A DNA stretch of 64,000 nt, from NCBI RefSeq assembly GCF_018977255.1, contig NW_024704742.1:72232001-72296000 (forward strand), read 5' to 3'. Positions 41,401-56,400 of the stretch are shown here, one piece after another; within the stretch, counting starts at the first letter, position 1; each line of letters opens with the position of its first letter. Made by a program: the position numbers and the translations under genes. Source of the stretch: Callorhinchus milii (Eukaryota). The notes under the pieces are model-generated. The model ran no database searches. It worked only from the letters and a program-made list of their open reading frames with translations, and had not been told where the DNA came from.

Positions 41401-44400
41401 ATCACTAGCGTCATATTTCAAGGCTATCAGAAGGGCCTCCCAAACTGCTGACATGAGACTAGAGAAGTGATCTTTATAAGGTTTCACTTGCTTTATTCTC
41501 ACTCTCACCAAGCAACCATATCCTTAGTGCCCAGCATCATAACGGACCACCTTGCCCGTGAGTGACCTGGCTAAACTGGTCGGAGGACCAGCAGGATACA
41601 ACAAACTGATTTGAATATTTGTTACAATCATCTTTATTGCGATAATAAAGCAAAGGGGAAACTTGAATGTTTATCTAGATTGCAGGACCCTATCGAGTAA
41701 ATGCAGCGCTAAGTTCTTCTCTCTATGATCAAAGGTCTTCAATTAAGGTTGGAACTGAATACTTGTCGAACTAAGACAGAGGCCTCACAGCTAGACAGCT
41801 TTGCAGGCACTCCACAGAAAGACAGCGAGGACTCACAGTAACGACGCCTGTTAAGGAAGAAAATAGAAAAGGCGAACTAGGTAACAAACACTCACCCTCA
41901 TTTGTCTACATTCTATGTTACACAAACTGCACACGTGGGGCAGCCGCCTCGCAGGGACACCATAGTAATCATTCATCAGCCTGGGTGTTGGCAGTCCCTT
42001 CTTCACCACTATGTTTGTCCACTTCATGGTGTGTGCAGAGTTGTCATGCAGAGGCTCGCTTGGGTAATTCGGAGTCGGACGTTTGTAATCATCATTCCAG
42101 GCTCCTTCTCTCACCGTGTCGCGGCCATAGTGCATGTTCGGACTCGCCATGGGTCGGTCTCGATAGTCGTACTGTTGTCCATGTCCGTACTCCACCACAC
42201 TGCTCTGCACCTCTCGCCGGTAGTCTTCGTCTTGTAGCTTGTACGGCTGATCGTAACCGCTAGTTTGTTGCTTGTTCATTTTCCGCATTCTTATCTCCCT
42301 TAAAATGTAGGGCATGTTCTCAGGAGTCAACTTCTCGTCTGGGTAACGGCTAAGTTCTTCTAGATCTTCATTTGAAAGACCGAAATTCGCCAAGATATTG
42401 GAGGCCTTCATCGTGTCGTGAAAACGCTGCACGGCAGATCTTGGGTCTGGGTTCGGCGGGGCCGGTGTGCCAGTGTTCCCATAGCCAGGCCGAAAGCCTC
42501 CCGGTGGAGGATTCTGGTACGACCACTGACCTAAGCCTATATTATTTCCAGGTTGGTTCATCATTCCCATGTTCATTCCACCACCAAAGCTGCCCGGTGA
42601 TTCTGCTGGAGCTCCTATTCCTACGCCTCTTCCTCCTCTTCCGCCTCCCATGAAGGGTCCCTGAGGGGGATTCATGCCAAATTGGTTGGGCGGTGGTCCT
42701 GGGTTCTGGCCGAACGCCCCTCTGGCATTGAACATGGACATGTTGATCTTCACCAGAGCTTGGTTCAGAGACGTGAGTGTTGGGTTGGAGACAGTTGTGG
42801 AGGCGACAGAATTCAGCTGTTGTAGGGCCAGATGGGCTTTTATCTGGGCGAGCTGTAAATTTGCTTGGCCTAATAGAAGCGGACTGGTAATGCCGAGGTT
42901 CAATGAATTCACTGCTGGAGTACAATTTTCCAAGAATAACGCAAAGCTGAAAGTTAAAACACAAATATTAGATTTTTACGTTTGAGGAAGTTTTAGCATA
43001 TCAAGGGTTTTAAAGCCAGTCATCATATATTTACACGTGCCTATTAAAGGAAGCTATTCTGGGTGCAGCAAAACAAACCCAATGAGGACAGCTACATCAA
43101 GGACATCCAAGACATTAGAAAATGTGTGACTGACAAATAGGCATCCAGCAGTAGAATTTTCTGTGTGGCTTTTTGAAACATCTGCATAGTACCTATACAA
43201 AGCTTAAAGTGCATATTGTTTACTCTTGTGTACATTCTACTTTCCAAAAACTTACCAGCATTGGGGTCATCATCTTCCTGGTGGATCCACATAATGTTTT
43301 TTCAACTCTGCCAAACACCAATTGATTTTCCACCTAATTCCATTTTAAACCATCAGCCATTGGCTATACAGAAGGCTTGATCTGAGATCTGCAGCACTAC
43401 ACTAGTGATGTCGGAGAATGATTCAACAGAATCACGGACATGTCCAGCTGCCTATTATTTGGAGTGCAGTCAGATTCGCCTACAGAATAGTTATTAATCT
43501 ACAGTAAATCCTACAAAGCACTCTGAAATGATTCAAGAGATTTGATGAGGCATTATACCAAATGAAAGCATTATTATTCCCATATGTTGCAATCGTTAAA
43601 GGCCCACATAAAGCAAGTTATAGTAAATGTAATTTCAAACATTCAGCATACTGATATCTTCATATCCCTTTCTGCCCAATCAATAGCTTAGCACTAAGAA
43701 ACACTGAAATTTTGCTAAATTCTACATCTTTTAAAGCTAGACTTAAAGGTGTCAGCTTGGCTCAGTTGGTAGCACTCTTGCCTCTGAGTCAGAAAGCTGT
43801 GAGTTCACGGCCCATGTGGGGACTCTGAACTCACCGTGTCTAGGCTGAAACTACAGTGCAGTGCTGGAGTTGTGCTGCATTGCTGGAATAGCAGTCCTTC
43901 AGATAAAAAAGTTAAACCGAGATCCTGTCTTCAGGTTCAGGATGTTAATCAAGATCCCATGGCACTATTCGAAAAAAGGAGGCAGTTTGACACCCTGTTC
44001 TAGCAACAAACCCCCAAATATAATTGGACACTCACCCCATGGCTATTTGTGGAACACTGCTGTGCACAAATTGGATACCATATTCACCTACGAGTACAGT
44101 CGCTCTGCTTCACAGTAAAATCCTATGAGGCATCTTGATGATGTGCATGGATTATTTATAATTTCCACATTTTTGACATGTTGTAGTCCCCGACCCCATG
44201 CCAAGACATTGCTGGTGCACTGTGTGCTGAGTGGTGAGAATCTACCCCAACATCAATAATGAAATGTTTTCTGCTCACCATGTGACCTGGTTTAATGGAA
44301 TCACACAGGCGAAAGGCATGAGGTGGAATTTCAGCTATGCACCTTGAGCTAAAGGTAACTGCAGTTTTAATACAGAGCGTTACATTGCCGTCCTTGAAAA

Positions 44401-47400
44401 AAAACTTTAAAAATCACTTAGTTATACATTTGCGTGGCGTTTCAAATGGCACATTAATGTTTTAAGCACTCTGGTACGCTACCCTGCGTGAGTGGTGCAA
44501 GTTGTAGTTGTTGTATGGAGGTGCCTTACCACCACTGCAAAGAGAAAAAAAATGGAGACCATCAAAGAGGGTGGACTCGATTCCAACATTCATTCCATTA
44601 TGAAACATGTCACCTTGTACCCAGCTCAGCTCCTTCCTTCCTCCCCCCAGGAGGATAGTAGGTTGTGGGTTCAAATGCTGTGAGAGGACTATAGGCAATG
44701 TTAAAGTCTCAAATATAACAGCTCAAAACCAAATATAATGTCCACTGTTAAGTGTTCAAGCAATATTCTGCTTCTAGCTTAGTAAGATCAGGGATTTTTT
44801 GTGCAGTTACAACTTTCTGTCACTGGTTTGTATAATTTTTGCCAAATTCCTACTCATTGAGTCTTATTTATAAAGTGCTGCATGGCTTTTGAAGTACTCA
44901 TTAATTTCACACCTTTATTTCAAGGCATTCACATGGAAGGTATTTGAAGCATGTATGGAGAAGTTTCTGGAATGCACATATTTCCAGATCACAGACCACT
45001 CTCATACTCAGGGGAAGATAATAATAATAATCCTTGTATTTGATATAATGCCTTATCACATTGAAACATCTCAAAGCGCTTCAGAGTAAAGTGAATTGAT
45101 TGTATATTTTGTGGGCAAAATGCAGCAGCCAATTGCACACAGCAGTGTCCACAAACAATTGTGGATTTTTTATTAAAAAGGGATTATTAACACTGGAAAA
45201 GTGATCTGGCAATCGACTAACAACCGGGTTCCTACTCGCTGCTAGGTAAACTGAGGGGTGTGGAGTAAGGAAACTTGATTAACTTTTCGCCCTGTCCAGG
45301 AATTAAGCCCAGAAACTCTCGCTTGCGAGGCAAGTGCTCTAACCACTAAGCTATAGGGCTCCACAAGATATGGTACTGAATGTGTACAACTATTGAATAG
45401 TTGACAAGAGTCACTATTCATACCCCGATCTTAAAATTAAATTCAAAATAGTGGTCTAATTCTAAATTCCACCCATATGATACTTTCAATTCCTTGCAAG
45501 ATCTCATGTACCCTAACCAAACCACATTAACTAGATTGTGCATTTCCAGTTTACGAAAATCTAAACTCAGCCATATCCTCAACTTTTTGAAAACCAGCAC
45601 AACATGGTTGTCATGTACATTACAGGCCAGAGTTTAAGCAGCTCAATCAAGGCATATAGCTGCCCATCTATTTCAACAGATAGGATTTAATATTACACTT
45701 TTTGTAACACAAGGATACCACATGTAGAAAACATACGTATGGGAAACTGTGGATACACTGAGATTTTTAGGTATGGAATGGAGGAACGCATAATTCCAGA
45801 GAGACAAGGCTTGGAGACCCAGAATGCGGGGTAACTGCTGGAGTTTAACCAACTAAAATCTCATAGCTCATCATTGAGAATAAAATTTGGCAAGCTTTCT
45901 GCTGCTTGTCCAGCAAGGATACCCTACCTGTTTGGGCTTTGGATTGTAGCGTTAAAGGAGCTGAGTGGGAAGAATGACAGTGACTGGTCTGCCCCTACAA
46001 GTTCACCCAATGTGCCTTGGACTGCAGACTCACCTGGCCCTGGAACCAGGCTGGAGACTGCCACAGAAGGTTGACACAATTCTGATATTCGGTTGTCAAG
46101 CTTCATACCTTGGAGCCAGCTCAACTCAAGGAGACCCTACTTGCTTTCCCCCCCACCAAGAAGGACAATCATTAGTTGATCATTTGACATACGACATGCG
46201 CAGGTTTGAGATCTCACTTAGTGGACAACAGTTATAAGTAACCACTCCCTGCGAACTTCTCAGTGAACAGCACAGCATGAAATGCAGAGTATTGCAGAGA
46301 AGCTTTGTTCAACATGATAGCCAAGTCCTATGCTGCTCTGGTTCAGCATGCACAGCGTCCTCCTCTAGCAAGGGTTGTTGGGGTATGAGCAGCAGTGGGA
46401 GCATTCACTAACTCGCGGCATTGGGGCCAAATGTAGCTCCTATTTGCTCGCAGACTGATCAGCTGCTCATCTAAATGGCCCAGCTACATCCTGAATAAAA
46501 TATCCAAGCCAAAAACACAATAATGATTTGGTCACTCAATCCATGACTGTTTGTGGGACACTGCTGTGCGCAATTGGCTGCCGCGTTTCGCCCACAAATA
46601 CAGTCAATTCACTTTACAGTATATTCTGTGAAGCGTTTTGAGACGTCTAGAAGACGTGAAAAAGCACTACATCAAATGCAAGGATTACTATAAACCATGA
46701 AGAGAATTATTCTTGAAATGGCATTCCATATGAGTTCAGTTCTGTGGTGTTTAATGTACACGTCATTTCCAGTTTATTTTAAAGTTGCTGTTTCAATATG
46801 ATTCCTAAACAGCACACTTTATAGAAGGGCGTTTTACAGAATGAATGAAAGAAATGCACAAAATGCAATTTATTGAACAAAGTTAGTGTAACATCTTCAA
46901 TCAACACATACTGCATGACAGCTACATACATGTTTCAGGACTAAACTTTACAAGCTGGAAGGTGTATGTGTGTGTGTGTGTACTAGCTATTAGTCAGATC
47001 ACTTTAACTGCCACTCAAAAACGAGGAAAATCTGGATTACAGTGTTCTGAATATAGTCTGGGTAACACTGTTAACATCTGTTCATCTGTTAAAATCCAGG
47101 AAAAATGGGCAGGATAAAAGTAGCTTCTCGTGCCCAAGTTGGAGAAAACATTCAGTCTTAACATTATTCCTGGCATTCAAGAGTCAATGGCACATAACTG
47201 CTGATAATTCTGCACAATGGGTGACCTCATTCAGGATAATTCACACAGGTTCTGCTGTATTACTCTCCGAGGTGGAGGTTAAATCAGACGTTTGTGGAGC
47301 ACAGGTTATCTGGATCTTGTCTGGATTCTTGCCAATCTTGCTTCACAGGGTGCATTATTTGGGGTGCTGTGCTGGTTTGGAGTGCTGCTTATTCTAGTTC

Positions 47401-50400
47401 TATTAGCTTGATTTTTACATGGATTATGTTTGTGCTCTGGATTAACACACAGAGCTCTAATAAATCACAGACATGGGCTGTTTTAATATAGCCACCTCAG
47501 ACTTTGCTCTACAGATTAATTTTACATAACTTATGAGGACTCCACTGTGTGTAGTTTCTGTTATGTAATGGGTGTGAATTCCCAGTCCAATACACAATCA
47601 CACACAATACAAATTAACTGAAAAGGGATGTTGCTTTGAGCCAACTCATGTTGCCGTGGATGAACAAGACAATTATGTTTCACTTCTCATCCTCACCCAA
47701 GGGCCAGGGGATGACACTGTGTCGTCACACCTCCTTTTGCGCTGGAGGACACTGGTGGACAAAGCAGGTCATCCCATTCTGGCAGCACCCATCTGTCAAA
47801 CATTCATTGCCTTTGTGAATATATCCCTACAATACTCATTGCCTTTCTTTCCTCTTGGATTACGTTGCAGTCATTCCTTCTTTCTAACAGAAGTGGTAAA
47901 TAACAAGCACTGTAACTGTCACACAGACTACCTGTCCCCCTCCCCCGGGCTTGATAAGCTCAGGTCTATTTCCTGTCCCCCCTCCCCAAATCGCTGACCG
48001 AGCCTTCAGCCACTAGACTCTACCTTCAAAGGGGAGAATAGAGTAATTCCACAATCCCATTGATCTTCCCCATTTTTAAGGCTCCTAAAACTCTTCCCGA
48101 CTTTGCCTGTAGTCGCCTCACTCTGCCCGCCCTCCTGCTCAGTCTCCAGTACCGTCTCTGTGAAGCGCTTCAAGATATTACCTTAGGTGTCTGTATAAAT
48201 GCAAATTGTTGTGATCACAATGCGAGTTTGACTTTAGGTCTCTATTCTACAGTGAATAAATCAGATGCTTTGCAATGGGTGTCAGGTCACCATGACTAGT
48301 GGTAGAGATATAATTCAGCCTCCTCAGCCTGTATACTACTCCAACCCACAGAAAACCACCACCCCCCAGTTGCTTTTCTCACCTTCTAGTCAGTGCCGGT
48401 AGTCTGCGTGTACCCGAGTTGCCAGGAAGCTCTTACAGATAGCTTTCCTTTCTTCCTGTCATTTCAAGGAGACCTGAGAGTGCATCATTCTCTGAGAGAC
48501 ACCAAGGCTTTCTTGCGAAGAAAGATCACAGCTTTTGCATCCTATAAGCACAGACTCCAAATTCCAAAATGTGTCTGAAAAGGCAGCTTCGAAGGTTTGA
48601 ATCTACCCATGCAGCTATCAAGTCTTCACAGGTCATTGATAGCCTTCAGGAAGGCAAGAGGCAACTAGATCTTATGCACAATTTCAAAGCAGAATATGCC
48701 CAATCCATCTGACAAACACTGGCTTTTGAGTGTAAAGTAAACTCCTCACCTATATCTTGCATAAGCAGCAAACTGATAGCCAGCCTAAACTCTTGGGATG
48801 ATTTAAAATTGACCTCTGCTGCTGACATCAACTCAAGAGGTTTCTCGCTTCCATTGAGCTCCGTAAGTCACAGGGTGCAGTGTAGCTCGTCATTATTGGA
48901 CAATGTCTTGCCAGCATGCTGTTTTCTTGGCTGTTCGGGGAGGACTTTGCTCTGAACTCTACAATCCTGTTGGAAAAGGTTATCCAGGCTAGTCAGTCCA
49001 AACAATCTGGTAGGGTTCCAGGGCCAAGTGGATTCCTCACTGCTGACTAAATAAACATAAAGGATGCATCCTACACAAATTATATGCCAGTATGTCACTG
49101 AGACCAAATTGATCTCAATCCAGGGAGAAATGCGACCATCTCTAATTAGATAAGTATTTAAAATGAAAGAATTTGCAGGGCTATGGAGTAAGAATGGGGG
49201 ATTGGGACTAGTAGAATAGCTCTTTCAAAGAGCCAGCACAAGCACGATGGGCCGAATGGCCTCCTATGCTGTAAAATTCTATGATCTCCCTTCTATTGAA
49301 GTGAAAGATTCCCTCTGAATTCTACAATATTTGTTAACATACTGGCAGCCTGTCTGAGCAGGTGTATGTCATGGGATTTGGTGAGCCTGTCATCCGATGT
49401 GTTTCACCTTCATCAATGTTGTGTTTTCTCCTGTGTTTGAGCTGGGAGGTATAGCAGGGTACCCATTACCCATGCCTCTGTTTGCCCTGGTGACAGAAAC
49501 GCAACTGTGGTATTGATAGGAAACCTGTCACACATCAAATACAGAATTTCTTACTTTCAGCCATACTGTCTCATCGAGAGGATTTGATTGCAGTTTGTCA
49601 CCCATCTCAGACAAAACTTCAAAGTCAGAGACTGTGAACACTGGGCTCCAGTAGCTTGCGATTCCTTCCTTTGGCCCAGTTCAGGGTTTCAGTTCCTGTA
49701 ATTTAGATCTTTGCAGACATCCACCATCCTCATCATCACTATCAGAGACACTGTGTGAGGACACAGTCTGCTGGGAAACGGTGTTCTGCAGATGGGTATA
49801 CCCATGTTTCTCACTTATTTTTAAAAGTCCATATACCAAAGTTCAGCTGTGGGTATGGTGGTCCTAGCTGGATAAACAGCAGGAAAGTTTGCCAGGCAGT
49901 GCTCTGAATTGCAAACTAGGCGATTTTAACTGGTTAGATTCCAGCAGTTACTCCCAACGCACATTCTAGGGTCCTGAGGCCTTGGCTCTTGCTGAAATTA
50001 GGTAAGCAGGATCCATCAAGGGAGAGAACGCATATTCCCCATTCCAAAAGATATCTCTTGTATTTCCACGAATAGACGGGAAGCATGGAATTCTCAGTCT
50101 GGTGTGGATACTCTTAAGAATGATGATGGGTTTCCGTTGCATCAAAGACGCCCCCAAAAAATAAACCCCTCCATGTCCTCACCCCCACCCTACCACTACA
50201 ACCTCCTACAACTGTACTGACCAAGATACTCCCTTCACACTGCAAACACTGGCCTGCTTCATATCTCCTGATCTACTCATTTCACCATCGGCAGGTAAGC
50301 TATCAGACATTCTGCCACTGCGCTCTGGAACTCCATCCCAAAATCTGTTTGACTCACTCACTCCCTCCCCACATTCAAAGCCTGCCTCAAGACATCTTTT

Positions 50401-53400
50401 TGACCACGTTTTCCATATTTTTTTCCTCCCTCCCTACACTCTTCAGCACTCAACTGCGCACAGCAGTGTCCCACAAACAGTCGTGGATTGAAAATGACCA
50501 ATTTATTATTGTTTTTGGAGGGATTATTATCAGGCGTGTGGAGTAAGGAAACTTGCCCAAGTTTTCGCACTGCCGGGAATCGAACGCAGGTGTCTCGCTT
50601 GCAAGACGAGTGCTCTAATCACTGAGCTACAGAACTCCATTGTGTATTGTGTACGAATTATACACTGTAAACTGGACTCTGCTCCCATCCACCCTCGTTT
50701 CTCTTTTAAGCCTGAGTTCCCCAAAACATTCCTTGCTCCTCCTATCCCACACAATGTTCTTTGATTCCCAGCTTTGATGCCTAAATGTTAATTTGATGAC
50801 TAAATGTTCGTACTTTGCCTGCTTACCATAAATTGGTAACCGTCAACCTTGGATTTGAAGCTGGATATCATGAAGTCCTTCTGCAGCCTTTGATGTGGTT
50901 TGCCCCAACTCAAGGAATCATCTCTATTATACAAAGCGCCACAGAAAGAAAACTGGAAGCTGCGAGGGACTGAGCCTGACCTAGGCCTCGATCCCCACCC
51001 GACCGAACTCCCCACCTCTATCTTCCATTTTATATTCTCTCCATTTTAATCTTTTTTCTTTTGTCTTTTCTTCCTCAAATTGAATTCCACTTGCTGGTCA
51101 GATAACCACCTTTTCTTTGATTAGAATGTTACATTTAGGATCTATCTGCCTTGTGATGCCTGTATGATTATGCCATTGCTATTTGAAAGAAAAACAAAGT
51201 ATTGCTCCTACTTTTATACTTCCTCCCAAACCTGCCCCCAAATTCACTTAAATTGGCTACTCGCCCCATTGTTTTTAATGGAGCATTGCTAGCACAGATT
51301 AGCTGCCATATTCGCTTCCAAAACATTCACTTTGTATCTAATTCATTATATTCTGCAATATTCTATATTTCTGAAGCTCTTTGAGACATTTATTCTTACA
51401 TGAAATCACTATATAAATGTAATTGATTATCTACATTTATAGTTACTATTAGAAATTATACCAGGGCAGAATGTAGAAGGCAACATAAACAGCAGACTTA
51501 GCAATAGCAAGTTAGGGAGCCAGTAACCAGGGGACACAATTATAAGATAGCGTCTAGGGGATCCAGGAGAATTTAGGAGGAACTACTTCATGCAGAGGCA
51601 AGTGAGATTGTGGAACTCGCTGCCTGCAACGGTGGTTGAATCAGAGAGTGTAGATGCATTCAAGAGGAAGCTAGACCTTCACATGAGGTTATTATTATAT
51701 TTTGTGGGCGAATCTCAGCAACCAATTGCGCACAACACTGTCCCATAAACAGCCATGGAGTGAGTGACCAATTTTATTTGGGGGATTGTTGGTCAGGACA
51801 CCGGGAGAGAGAAATTCCCCTCTCTTTTTGAATAGTGCTGTGGGATCTTTAACGGCTACCTGAACTGTCAGATGCAATCTCAGTTTAATGCTCATCCGAA
51901 GGATGGAAAAGGTGACTAATAGCCATTGAACTAATACCCATAGCACTGTAACTAATACATATAACTATCCTCCAGTCAATAGCTTTAATGAGGAAGGGGA
52001 ATCATGTGTAAAGACTGTAATTATTGTAATTAGTAGCTCCACAGATGCCAACTGTTCCACATCAATCAAATCCCATCAACACCTAGTAAATATTTGAGTT
52101 GCTCTAATGATAAATTGCATTTATTATATTACTTATTTATAAATATGATGTATTAATGAATTGCTCTAATAATAAATAATTTGATATTGTGCTTACAAAG
52201 CATCTCAAGAGTGCTCCATAGATAATATGTGTAGCGACTATTTGCAACAAACATGGCGCCATTTAACATATAACAAGGTCCCACTAAAGCAAATGTCCAG
52301 AATGGAAGAATTATTGGTCACCGGCTGAACCCCTCTATTTCTTTTCAAATAATTTTAGGAAAACAACAACTTGCACTTACATAGCGCCCTCCATACAGGG
52401 TAGTGTATCAGAGCGCTTAGAAAACTAATATTCAACAGAATATGATAACATTACAGCCATGTAATTGGAAAAGCACACAAATAATTCTGACCTTTTTACC
52501 CCACACTATAAACTAGCATTGAAGAAATAAATCTGACTTCCTAGATCGTACTACAGAAACTAATACAGTACATCAGTATTAAGATTACAAAACTAATAAT
52601 TACATCAGTCAAGAAAATCCATCCCAAAAAATTCAAATATATGGTCATTCTAATTGGATTGATTTCTGTTAGGTCATTCTTATTGGATAGTATTACTCAG
52701 GCTACACTTAAAAAGCATTTCACCCACAAAAAGAATGTTCACTCAATCCATGACTATTTGTGGGACACTGCCGGGCTCAATTAGCTACCACATTCGCCCA
52801 CAAAATACAGTCAATCCACTTTACAATATATTCTGTGATACACTTTGAGACGTCTCGATGACGTGATAAGGCGCTATATCAAATTCAAGTATTATTATTA
52901 CTGAGCCTCCACAAAGACTACCTCGGAAGCACTGATGTCTCTGCAGTCAGCAGTTCCCAATTACCTCAACTCTTTCTCCCAAGTACCATGATCCTCTTGT
53001 TCTCTATCTTTTATCCCTCACTTCCTTATTCCTGAGGCCACAAATATGTTATTCTAATCATGATTTCTGTTCTTCATCCCTTGTCAATGTATCTTAAAAC
53101 TTGCATGGTAACCACAACCCCTCATGTTCAACTTTTATTCCTGGAACTATCTCCCTTAGCTTTTACTCCCAGAACTATCTTATTTGCAAATGCCTCAGCG
53201 AATCACCCAACCATCAGCCATTATCTGCTCCATCCGATTTTTGTTCCCTAGCTGCCAATAACCCTCATTGGTCACCTCCAGGCCCTCCCACTGGCCCAAA
53301 GCACCATGCCTGGGGACCCTGAGGCCAAAGGGGGAGCCTGTTCAGTTGCTGTTTTTCTCGTCTCCATTTCAGAAGATTCAGAGTTCAAGCACCATGTTAG

Positions 53401-56400
53401 AATTTAAGCTTATATGTCCTAGTGAATGCTGTGGGAAAGCTGCATTATAGAGGTACATCATTCAGATGTGGCATTAAACCGAGGTCCCTTCTGAAGGATG
53501 TACCTTCATCAAAGAAGCCGTTCCCAGCATGGTATGGGCAATGAAATGACTCACAAACATACAGCCACTCCACTTGACAGTAAATCCTGTGAAGTACTTT
53601 GGACATCCTCCTGATGTGAAAGGCGCTATACCAAATGTAAGAATGAATATTTAGAATTAGCAAGTCGTTTACCTCGTAGCTGTTTGTGGGATATTGTATA
53701 AATTGGTTGCCGTATTCTACTACAAATAATCACTTCACAGACAAAACTCTTATGCACTTTTGAGATGCAATAAAGCCCAATATCAAGTGCAAGAATTATT
53801 TTAAGAACTATAATTGTCATATTGCTACTCCAGCTGATATCAGCAAACACCAAGTGGTGGACATTTTGATGCTTCGTGGTTCAGTTTCACTCATGGCAGT
53901 GTTCTTTCACTTTCTGACCTGATCTATTATCAAATCCCCATGTGTGTTTCTTATTTACAAATTCTACTACTTTCCATTGGCCTTCAATCAGGTATAATCT
54001 GTCTAATGCTCATGCTACCCTTCTCCAATCAATCGATTCATTATTATGATCCTACCCTTTCCAGCCACATCCCTGCCAGAGCTAATGCCACAAATAGTGC
54101 TGCCCTTCTATAATCCTGATCTCTCCACTGGGTTCTACTAGTGCTACCCTTCTCAATACATGCTTCACCAATGTTGGCTTCCCCTATCCCTGTACGCTCT
54201 GCTCTATCTTGGTCATCACAGTTTGAAGAGGCCAGGTTTATCAATGAAGGCCTGTTCCAGTGGTGAATGCTCTGCTGAATCTTGTAATTGTGTCCAGCCA
54301 ACCACTGTTGCCCTCTTCTAACCCCTCATAGTGCCATTATCTTCCCATCTTGTTCACTGAGCAAATGTTGACCTCCTCTGGATCTGGAGATTTGGTCACT
54401 TCTTCAGGTTATATTGCATCTGCTGTAGATGCCAACATTCCATCAAAGCTACCATCCCGGTGCAGTTTCTTCTCATCTCCATCTTGCATCCTCCATGGAT
54501 GTTGGTAACTTCCTGTCCTTTTGGTTTGAGTACTTTCTCCCTGCCCCGGATGACGTGCACCTTACCCAACCACTTGCCATTTTGTAGACATTTTATATGA
54601 AAAAAAACTTGCCACAATATATTTGGTGTTGCCATTCTCCCACCTGCCTGTTCCATTGATTTTCTTTACTGTTTCTTACACTCAGAATGCAATCCTCTCA
54701 AGTGTATCTTCCCGACAGCTCAGTCAAGATGATCTTCTCTACTCACAGCCCCCCGAAATGAAATTAAGACTAAGGCCAGATTAGTCAATGATTTAGTTTA
54801 TCTTCAATACATCAAGCTAATTCTAAAGCAAAGATGCTATTAGAAAAATGCACATTGTATGCATACGAAAACGTTGTATAGTATCCAGTAAGTACAATCC
54901 AAACAATCAACCAACTGTAGTCCCTGAGCTCAGTATCACTTCCATTAATAGATCAACGTATAAAAATGCTATTTTCTGTAACCTTGATTTGTCAATTAAC
55001 TGACTTCAAGTACTCACCTGTACCCGTAGAGGACAGGATTGGCCAGACTTCTATATAACGTCCTTCGTGTAGCCTGTCTATGACAGGAAAATGCACACTA
55101 TTAGGTTGGGAATGGACTGTGCACTAATAGTTATCTTCGTAGGAAATAGTCTACTTGTGACGTATTAAATACCTCTTCAATTAAAATGACTAAGTTTAAA
55201 TCCTAAAATGAAACTCCTGGAACACCTATAAAAACGCAGCCCAGGATTACAAAATTAATCCTTGACGAATCACCTCTCGAAAAGTCCACACCCACTCACA
55301 TCATCTTACAGCTTTGAGCTTTCATTCCAAAAGAGGTCACGTCAGCTGATTATTGTGCTGCACAGTGCATTAGTCTCCTTGCCAGCTGCACTGCGCTACA
55401 TCTCTTTTAACATAAAAGACCGAGCCCCACTGATATTCTTCATGTGCCAGAGACAGTCACACTTTCAAGCATACTGCACAAATAGATGTGGCAATTCAGA
55501 AAACAGACTCGCACATATCACTACTTTAACAGCAAAAAAATTGAAGGTTTGAGAGAATAAGGATATGATTTGGCGTTGAAGATGTCAGCGTTCCACACAG
55601 ACTGGTGCATAATCTCGATCAGATGAGATTCGGGCCAACAGCCTGAAAACCTTCAACATGAAGCAGCATGGTCTTGATTTATATACTCTCTGTATTGATA
55701 CAGGCAAAGAGTACAAAGAGGTAACTTAACTCTTCACGTCGCTAAATATTTCAAAACTGCATTTGTGTCATTCCATTTTTTATTCTTTTATCCACTGATG
55801 GCTTAAAATGATCTCTCAAATGAATATAAACTTCAAGTTTACACCTACTTAACACCCAGACATTTATGACTATCTGTTATCACCAAAAGGGCCAATTTAT
55901 TTCTGTAGCTATTTTTGAACATGCAAGGCATAATAAGGATCACTCCACTAACCTCTGAACCTACCTTTGTAAATCTATTCTCAACACCGGGTCAAACCCT
56001 GACCCAAGCAGCTGATTTGTATAATTTATTGAAGAGACATTTGCACAACTTGTGTCTTATTTATCTCCATTCCAAACACTCACACGCATTTATTTTCAAA
56101 AGTTATTAAACATTTATTTATTCATTAAGGCTCCTGAAAACTATGCACACTTTACTATATCAAGTATAATTAATAGAAAAAATATGCAAAATATTAAAAA
56201 TGCAACTGTCTAGAAAAAATAAAAAAAAAGATACAACTACTCAAGAAATCCATGACATTATGGTCTAAAAGTCTAAGTTCAAAATCAGATGTCATTCAGA
56301 AAGGCACAGAAATCAACACTGTATTTTTACAACGGACATTCAATGACCCTGCCCCCCCCTCCCCCGAAGTATGGTCTTTTGGAAAGCAGCAGATGAGAAG

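Noticed and set aside
41851..42933. Assignment to MATR3 or RBM20, or a single-exon gene starting at the track's Met
   Set aside because: Three RRMs, RS region placement and the [17 protein letters not shown] motif favour ZNF638. The track's start is a TTG inside an exon, and its last 14 aa are intron read-through.
47100..47500. Possible decayed Penelope GIY-YIG fragment
   Set aside because: Resemblance too faint to support without a profile search.
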